A stretch of 64,000 nt of DNA, taken from Piedraia hortae CBS 480.64 (lineage: Eukaryota). Of this stretch, positions 57,581-64,000 are shown piece after piece. The stretch lies in contig MU005962.1 in NCBI GenBank assembly GCA_010093745.1, forward strand, positions 186,001-250,000, read 5' to 3'. Both the position numbers and the translations under genes were made by a program. The notes beneath the pieces are model-generated. The model saw nothing but the letters and a program-made list of their open reading frames with translations, made no database searches and was not told the DNA's origin. How positions within the stretch are numbered: position 1 is the first letter of the stretch; every line of letters begins with the position of its first letter.

Positions 57581-58273
57581 TCATGCTGTGCCCCACAGAG
57601 TCATCACCGCCAGCGCAATGGCAAGTGCCAACGGGGCCGTGGCAGTCGCACCATTGCCGTTGTATTGACTGTCAAACGGACTACCTCCGCCCCCGCCGCC
57701 GCCACCGTTGTTTGGAGTGGATGAACCTTTTGTCTTCGTCGCAGAGGTTGCCTTGGACGTGTCGTGGACGATGCCGCTTTGAGTTGTGCTTTTAGTGGTG
57801 GTGGCATCGACCGACGAGGCGGGTGATGTGGAAGGCGACGCCAAAGTAGAAGAACCCGTAGGCTTCGACGCGGCTGAACCATCTCCAGATCCAGTGCTGG
57901 TTTCGGCCGAACTATACTGTGATGCGCCGCCAGCAGTCGAGGACGCGGTGCCCATCGAGGCTAAGACAGACTTGGCGTTGGAGCAAACGCTGACTGGTCC
58001 CTCGTCATCAAGAAATGCAACCACTATGTTCTCTCCTTGGATCCCGTGATTGCCACAGTCGCGCTTGATCGGGGCCGTGAGATCGTTAAGGGCGCGAATG
58101 CAGCCAACGCTGCACCCACTGCCCGCGAAATCAGATGCCGAGCAAGCACCAATGTCAGCTTTGTAGATGCTCTGACAAGCCGGAGGCAGGTTGGAGAGTC
58201 GGGGAGGAAAGTCGGAGAGCGATACGGCAGCTGCAAAAGGCAGGGCCAAAAGGATCTGCAGAAATGGAGCCAT
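57581..58273 (-). CDS. Secreted, probably GPI-anchored Cys-domain + S/T-rich protein
   Basis: Signal MAPFLQILLALPFAAA, 6-Cys domain (C..YKADIGAC..DF..CS.GC), S/T stalk, GGGSPFD, hydrophobic tail. Confidence 0.8.
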   Translation of the reverse strand: MAPFLQILLALPFAAAVSLSDFPPRLSNLPPACQSIYKADIGACSASDFAGSGCSVGCIRALNDLTAPIKRDCGNHGIQGENIVVAFLDDEGPVSVCSNAKSVLASMGTASSTAGGASQYSSAETSTGSGDGSAASKPTGSSTLASPSTSPASSVDATTTKSTTQSGIVHDTSKATSATKTKGSSTPNNGGGGGGGGSPFDSQYNGNGATATAPLALAIALAVMTLWGTA

Positions 58274-58609
58274 TATCTGGGGACTGGTATTACAGCTGTC
58301 GTATTCGGATGCAGCGCTGACAATCCGGGGACGGCAGCCTGTCAGCACCGGGGGACCGTTAATTAAAATGAGTGACTGCGAGAAAAGAACCTGTCTCGTA
58401 CGATTCGCTGTGATGAGGAGAGAATGAGGAGGGACGAGGTGCAAGTCGCGCGGTTAACCTCACTAGGGCGGGCGCAGCCAGACAGGGGGCGGGGCACAGC
58501 CGCCGCCGATGCAGGCGCGTTGGTCGACGCGGCTTAGGCTGTAGGGCTGCGACGGCCCAGAAGACCAACGGCAAAGAAGGCGATGAGTGTGTGTACCAAG
58601 TATGTATGC

Positions 58610-58628
58610 GTGTGTGTGTGTGTGTGTG
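58610..58628. repeat. (GT)9 microsatellite
   Basis: Seen directly. Confidence 0.85.
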
Positions 58629-59310
58629 CAAGCGAGCGTTGGACGCCGCTGAATAAGAAAGGAGCGGCTCTTGGCGTTCACGTTGCGCGTGCGTCGCACT
58701 CTGAAACGCCTGGCACGTGTCAGAATATGTCAAGGCGAATAAAAACACATCACGTGAGTCGCTGCGGTTCAATCATCGCCTGCTGCGCGCACCGCGCCTT
58801 GCCTAATCTCGAAACGCACTCGTGTGGGGTGAGCTTTTCAGCCTGGTGGAGTTTAGCAAAACGCCTGGTTTGCGCCTTCCGCCTGCGTCGTCAAGGTGCG
58901 GTCCGGCCCGCGCGCACCCGAACCATTTAAGGGACCATTTGCCTGCAGCGAAAGCTGAAGCGGGGCAACTTAGACTTCCTGAGATCTACATTGGCCCTCG
59001 TCCAATCCGGCACAATTTCTTTGTGTCGTATCCATTTTTGGCCTATTGACGCTTGCGGTCGATGCGGGTCATCATCACATGCGGGGCCTCCGGCTGGTCC
59101 TTGTCTTATCCAATAGCCGTTCTGCCAGCCAGTGAGTAAGCCTCGTTCGATTGGTCACCCACGCTCCTGCTGTGCTTCTTTGATCAATTTATCCGTGTCG
59201 AGAGCGGCCCCATTTCCTTGTCCTTTCTTTCATCTCTTGCTGCTCTACCTATCCGCTTCTCTCTCTAAAGTCGCCCTCCATGCCTTTTCCCTCTGCATAT
59301 CCCAGGTAAC

Positions 59311-60846
59311 ATGGAAGTTATTGAGGCCCCAGTTGGCCAACTAAGAAGTTATGTTATTTGTGTTTTCGCCGCCTTTGCCGGGACACTATTCGGATATGAC
59401 TCGGGATACATCAACTCGGTCCTGGGCATGACCCATTTTCTCCGAGTCTATGGTCACGAAAACCCCAATGACCCTGGGCAATTTGCTATCAGCAGTGCAC
59501 AACACTCACTCATAGTTTCCATCCTTTCGGCGGGAACTTTCTTGGGTTCACTCTTTTCCGGCCTTCTGGCTGATGGCATTGGCCGACGGACCTCGCTGAT
59601 CGCCGGGTCGATCGTATTTCTTATTGGTGTCATTATTCAGCTTGCGACTCTCAACATTCCCGGCATCTCCATAGGCCGGTTTGTTGCAGGTCTCGGAGTC
59701 GGGCTGGTCTCGTCGGTGAACATCATGTACCTGTCCGAAGTGGCTCCACGGAAAATCCGTGGGGCCATCGTATCGTGTTATCAATTCGCCATTACCATCG
59801 GGTTGCTTTTGGCAAACATTGTCACCTATGTCACGCGCAATCGTGACGATTCGGGTGCATTTCGGATTCCCATTGCCGTTCAATGTCTGTGGGCCGTCAT
59901 TCTCATCATCGGCTTGATTGGAATGCCGGAGAGTCCGCGCTTTTACGTTCGAAAAGGCCGCCTCGACCGCGCCCTGACCGCTCTGGCTCAGGTACGCGGC
60001 CAACTGCATAATTCTGAACCGGTCATGCAGGAGCTCATTGAGATCCAAGCCCACTACGACTTTGAGAAATCACGATCTGGACGATCCTTTCTTGGCGCCC
60101 CCGTAGACAGGTCCACCATCCGCAAGTTCATTCTGGGCTGTTCTCTGCAAATGTTTCAGCAATGGACGGGAATCAACTACATTTTTTATTATGGAACTAC
60201 CTTTTTCCAGCAAATCGGACTTGGAGCGGGCAATTCTTACACCTACGCGTTTGTGGTGTCGATGATCATGACTGCTGTCAATGTAGGTGCCTCACCAGTG
60301 TCATTCTACGCAATCGAACGCTTTGGTCGCAGGCCACTTCTTATCTACGGGGCAATCGGCATGATGATATGTCAGCTGGTGGTTGCGTCCGTTGGGACGG
60401 CGTCACCGAAGTCGTCAGCTGCGCACTATTGCCTGATTGTTTTTGTCTGCTTCAATATCTTTTTCTTTGCCTCGACATGGGGTCCAGTTGCATGGGTCAT
60501 CGTGGGCGAAATTTTTCCCTTGCCGATTCGATCACACGGAGTCGCCTTCTCCACGGCGTCAAATTGGCTTTGGAACTTCATTCTTGCCCTCATCTCGCCA
60601 TACATGGTCGACAATCCCGGCAACCTCAAGTATAAGGTCTTCTTCATATGGGGCTCGCTGTGCGCCTGTTGTGCGGTGTTTGCGTACTTTCACGTTCCAG
60701 AAACAAAGGGTCTCACACTTGAACAAGTGGATCATATGATGGAGGAAACCAGCCCCCGGAGCAGTGCCGGTTGGGGAAAGCGTCAGGACTGGACGAGGAA
60801 TACCAGTCAGGAGCAAATAATGGTGGATATGCCCAATAAACGATGA
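59311..60846 (+). CDS. MFS sugar porter (monosaccharide transporter)
   Basis: FGYDSG, DGIGRR, PESPRF, QQWTGIN, ERFGRR, WGPVAW, PETKG; 12-TM pattern. A possible upstream intron lies at 59132-59305. Confidence 0.93.
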   Translation: MEVIEAPVGQLRSYVICVFAAFAGTLFGYDSGYINSVLGMTHFLRVYGHENPNDPGQFAISSAQHSLIVSILSAGTFLGSLFSGLLADGIGRRTSLIAGSIVFLIGVIIQLATLNIPGISIGRFVAGLGVGLVSSVNIMYLSEVAPRKIRGAIVSCYQFAITIGLLLANIVTYVTRNRDDSGAFRIPIAVQCLWAVILIIGLIGMPESPRFYVRKGRLDRALTALAQVRGQLHNSEPVMQELIEIQAHYDFEKSRSGRSFLGAPVDRSTIRKFILGCSLQMFQQWTGINYIFYYGTTFFQQIGLGAGNSYTYAFVVSMIMTAVNVGASPVSFYAIERFGRRPLLIYGAIGMMICQLVVASVGTASPKSSAAHYCLIVFVCFNIFFFASTWGPVAWVIVGEIFPLPIRSHGVAFSTASNWLWNFILALISPYMVDNPGNLKYKVFFIWGSLCACCAVFAYFHVPETKGLTLEQVDHMMEETSPRSSAGWGKRQDWTRNTSQEQIMVDMPNKR

Positions 60847-61246
60847 TGACTTTGCATACTATGTATATAACGAGATAATCTGTAATACATGATCTTGTTG
60901 CTTGTCAAATGTGGCCAAATCGAATTTGGAAGTTTCGGATCTTTTATTGACTTTATGGTGTGGTGATTTAGCTTGGCGCCCTACAAACCTTTGAGAAGGG
61001 GAATTCATCCAACAAGAAGATAGAAGGGAATCTAACTGCCGGGCAAACGAGAGAGTCATTGATTATGAAGGCAATGTGGAATGTCCGTGAATCAAGAAGC
61101 AACTGGCCGATCAAATTCACAAGTACCGACATCATTAAATAACATCTAGCATGATCATGACAACTGAGATGATGATGATAATTTATCCACCGCTCCCTTT
61201 CCCATGTGAAAAAACTATCGTACCGACAACAAACAAGAAAGAAAAC

Positions 61247-62849
61247 TTACTCAGGCGTGGTGTATCCGCCCGCGATTTCCACCCATTCGGGGATGCAACT
61301 GCCCTCCTTATTTTCCACCTCTTGAATGTCTGTGTCGCAGCGACAACGGCATCCGACGCCGTTTTCCTTCTCCGGGTCCCATTTGGCCCAGTAGTCGTCT
61401 TCATCTTTGCGTGCGCGCTCGTCAACAGTTGTTTTCTCAAGGTAAGGTTCGCGGGGAAGCTGTTTTGTGGGCGCATTCGCAGGACAGTGTTGGATTGTCG
61501 TGTGTCGATACCCAAAGTCACGAAAATAGTGAATGTCCTTGGGAGAGAGTAAGGCCCCCGCCGCGAGGGAGTGGATGGGTGCGTCGCCCCACTGTTCTGT
61601 CAGTATTCATCTTGATGGCGTGGGAAGGGGGATGCTATACCCGCTCGGTCCAGAACCCGCCGCTTCGGTCCATCATGCTGAAGAAGTCCTCGTACTCCTT
61701 ACTCCTGAACCAGTCTAGCCGGGCAATTTCAAAGTTGCTCCAAAAGTGACACATGTTATACACTTCGCCCTCCATGCTTTCTGGGTCGATTTCTGGCAGG
61801 GTGGCCGCTCCAGCTTCGGTTCGCATAATGTCTTCTGGTAGCGGTTTGTGCTTGTCGCCGTTCTTGTCGCCGTCTTTGGGCGGATCATTGGGCTTCACAC
61901 CTTCCTTGGGCGTGCCGTCCTGGTTGAAGCCCTCCTTAGGTTCGACAAACATCTCCCAGAGACCTTTGGACGTTATGTTGTGGGTGCGTTTGTAGGCTGA
62001 AGCGTAGCGAAAGATATTGGGCACCGTCTCCTTGAGTTCTTTGACGGCAATAGTAAAGCCGTACGTCTTGTTGTGCCTCTGCATCTCGATGAACGGATCG
62101 TAGGTGATGTCGCAAAAGTACTTGATCTCAGGTTCGACGCGCCAGTACCAATCGTACTTTTGCAGCAGCTCGTGCTTGTAGAAGAAGCCCGAGTAGAAAC
62201 GGCACATGTGGTGGTAGCTTTCCATGCCCCCGTACATGATGGCCTGGTCGCCCTGCTTGCGGATGCCCTCCTTGGCCACGTTCTGGTCGACCCAGTCCGG
62301 GAAACCCCAGTGATCGGGTCCGATCTTGCCAAACTCAACCGGCGATGACGTGTAGTTGACGACCGTTTCTTTGAACGTCGAATTGAATTCGCCATCATTG
62401 AGGAAGACGTAGGGGTAGTGGAACCAGCGGTTAAAGTGCCGCTCCACGCTCTTGACGCTCTCCAGTACGCCATCCAGCTCCTTGTTGCGCGCCAGCACAA
62501 CAAATGCCGCGTTCGCCCGCTTGGCATCCTTTTGCGCATGCGGGTCCAAACATCCGGTGACGAAGACAGCGTCGTGCTTCTCGCTGATCTTGCGAACGCG
62601 CGGCGGCGCGCCATTGGGTATTAGCCCACCGCCGGTCGAGTTTGGGTGTCGCACTAGCAGCAGGAGGACTGTTCCCACCACCAGCACTGGCAGTAGAATG
62701 ACGAGATAGACGGGCACGCTGACCCTGCTGTTGCCGCGGAGGCGCACACGGCGCCGCAAGAAGCCCAGTCGCGGCCCAACGCGCGCCGGAATGTCCTGTA
62801 GCTTTTTGAGGGACACGTCCTGGCGCCTGATGCTCCGCCAGCTGTCCAT
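61247..62849 (-). CDS. GT15 alpha-1,2-mannosyltransferase (KRE2/KTR family); exons 62849-61641, 61591-61247
   Basis: Type II TM anchor, YPYVFLND, SYHHMCRFYSG, YWRVEP, CHFWSNFEI; splicing gives ERWGDAPIHSL and a Cys-rich C-terminus. Confidence 0.92.
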
Positions 62850-63067
62850 GAGGGCGTACGGGCCTGTCGAGTGTCGGCCGTCGTCGCTGGAGGCAGGGCC
62901 GACGCTGATTTTGATTCAATTTGATTCGGCCTCCCTGTCAATTGATTGATCTGCCCATGTAGCCTAATTCAATCAATTTGACACTTTGCAATTGATGGAC
63001 CCACCCGTATCGGCTTGACTGATCCACACCCCCGTATCAACCCCCACCAGCTTGGCACGTGGCCGCA

Positions 63068-63574
63068 ATGAAGGCGAAAGATGTCGCCTACGACCACTCG
63101 CTTCCTCCGTTTCTGCAGCGGTTACACGCTGGGGGAAAATACGAGCCAGCCGTACCCCGTGCTAAGCGACACACCGATCCTTTAGAGGATGACGGCCCGA
63201 CGGTTGTTGACGAGAGCGGCGAGGTGGTTAACAAGCAGGAGTATGAACGGCTATTTCAGGGAAATTCATGCAAACAAGAGGCCGTAAACGAGTCTGTAAG
63301 GTGCCCCGATCCCAAGCGTGATGACACAACAGGTGATCGTGTGTCCAAAAAGCGAAAGCCCGTTAAAGTGGTAACGGAGGACGAGCCGGATGGTGAACCT
63401 CACAAAGAAGTGCCCAGTAGCAGCAAACGCAAACCAGTCAGAGTGGCTGCGAGAGGGGAGACTTATACCGCAGAGAGTTCACCTGTCAAACGAAAAGCTA
63501 CCAACGTGCAGGAGGAGCAGCCGAAAAAGAAAGCCAAGCCCAAGCAGGTCAAGCTAGCATTTGACGATGAGTGA
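63068..63574 (+). CDS. DUF4604-like small charged protein
   Basis: MKAKDVAYD..PPFLQRL, EDDGPTVVDE, ends KVKLAFDDE-like (QVKLAFDDE). Confidence 0.75.
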   Translation: MKAKDVAYDHSLPPFLQRLHAGGKYEPAVPRAKRHTDPLEDDGPTVVDESGEVVNKQEYERLFQGNSCKQEAVNESVRCPDPKRDDTTGDRVSKKRKPVKVVTEDEPDGEPHKEVPSSSKRKPVRVAARGETYTAESSPVKRKATNVQEEQPKKKAKPKQVKLAFDDE

Positions 63575-64000
63575 TTTCTTGTCATGGGTTCGACTGCATA
63601 ACAAAACTATTGACAAATACCACCTGTTGCTTGCCATAGGCAGCCATGCCTCCTGTAGGCTCTTACAAAGTGAGTCTCTTTTGCCCTCATACTTTTAGCA
63701 AGATGAACCCATTTATTGGAGCTGTCCTACACCAACTGAGGAAAATTCAATTAATACGCAATCAATTCTGATTTTTCACACCGTGTTGTAGTGCATTCTA
63801 TTTTGCAAGAATGGAACTGACGGGTTTGACTAGGTTCGACCTGCAGTTGATTCATTCTATCAAGGATCATGCTTATCTCAGGCCGCATGGATGGAATGAG
63901 CCAAGATATGCGCAGGATGGTGCGCTGTCCAGGAGTCACCAGGTGTCAGATACTGCCGACAGGCACAGGAGTTTCAGGATCTTCTACGATGCTGAAAGCC

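Noticed and set aside
61215..61250. GTAAGT donor overlapping the GT15 stop codon
   Set aside because: No convincing branch point downstream, and the protein already appears complete.
63751..64000. Minus-strand ORF at the window end
   Set aside because: Short, non-ATG start, no recognisable domain.
1..64000. tRNA, rRNA or CRISPR arrays
   Set aside because: GGTTCGA hits lack cloverleaf context; I saw no rRNA-like sequence or repeat-spacer array.

Overview
Eukaryotic, filamentous-ascomycete (Pezizomycotina-like) DNA, judged from the gene set and the short GT..CTRAC..AG introns. Compact, intron-poor housekeeping clusters hold TEL1/ATM (3' part), a Nudix/DUF4743 gene, RPB8, eIF2B-delta, RAD5, a Ybp1/glomulin-like gene, CAND1, RPS29, APC13, GCV3, MRP17, DUF1275, uL15m, PXMP4, a CRH GH16, a Pho80-type cyclin, MAG1, NDE-type NADH dehydrogenase, a GPI protein, an MFS sugar porter, a GT15 mannosyltransferase and DUF4604. 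Three 6-10 kb blocks of fragmented transposon relics separate these clusters (Ty3/Gypsy, Ty1/Copia, LINE RNase H, Fot1/pogo, a DUF3505/TLH-like fragment, an APH-like pseudogene). The most striking observation is an LTR-less, uninterrupted Gag-protease-RT ORF (4434-6296) inserted into a ~350-bp dispersed repeat whose empty copy lies inverted at 33289-33638. Other leads are an unannotated 58-aa ORF with its own TATA box, an in-frame upstream ORF one TGA ahead of the cyclin, structured long introns, long poly-G/poly-C tracts near start codons, and strong C-rich/G-rich waves within coding strands. All family assignments come from motif recognition by eye; no database searches were run.
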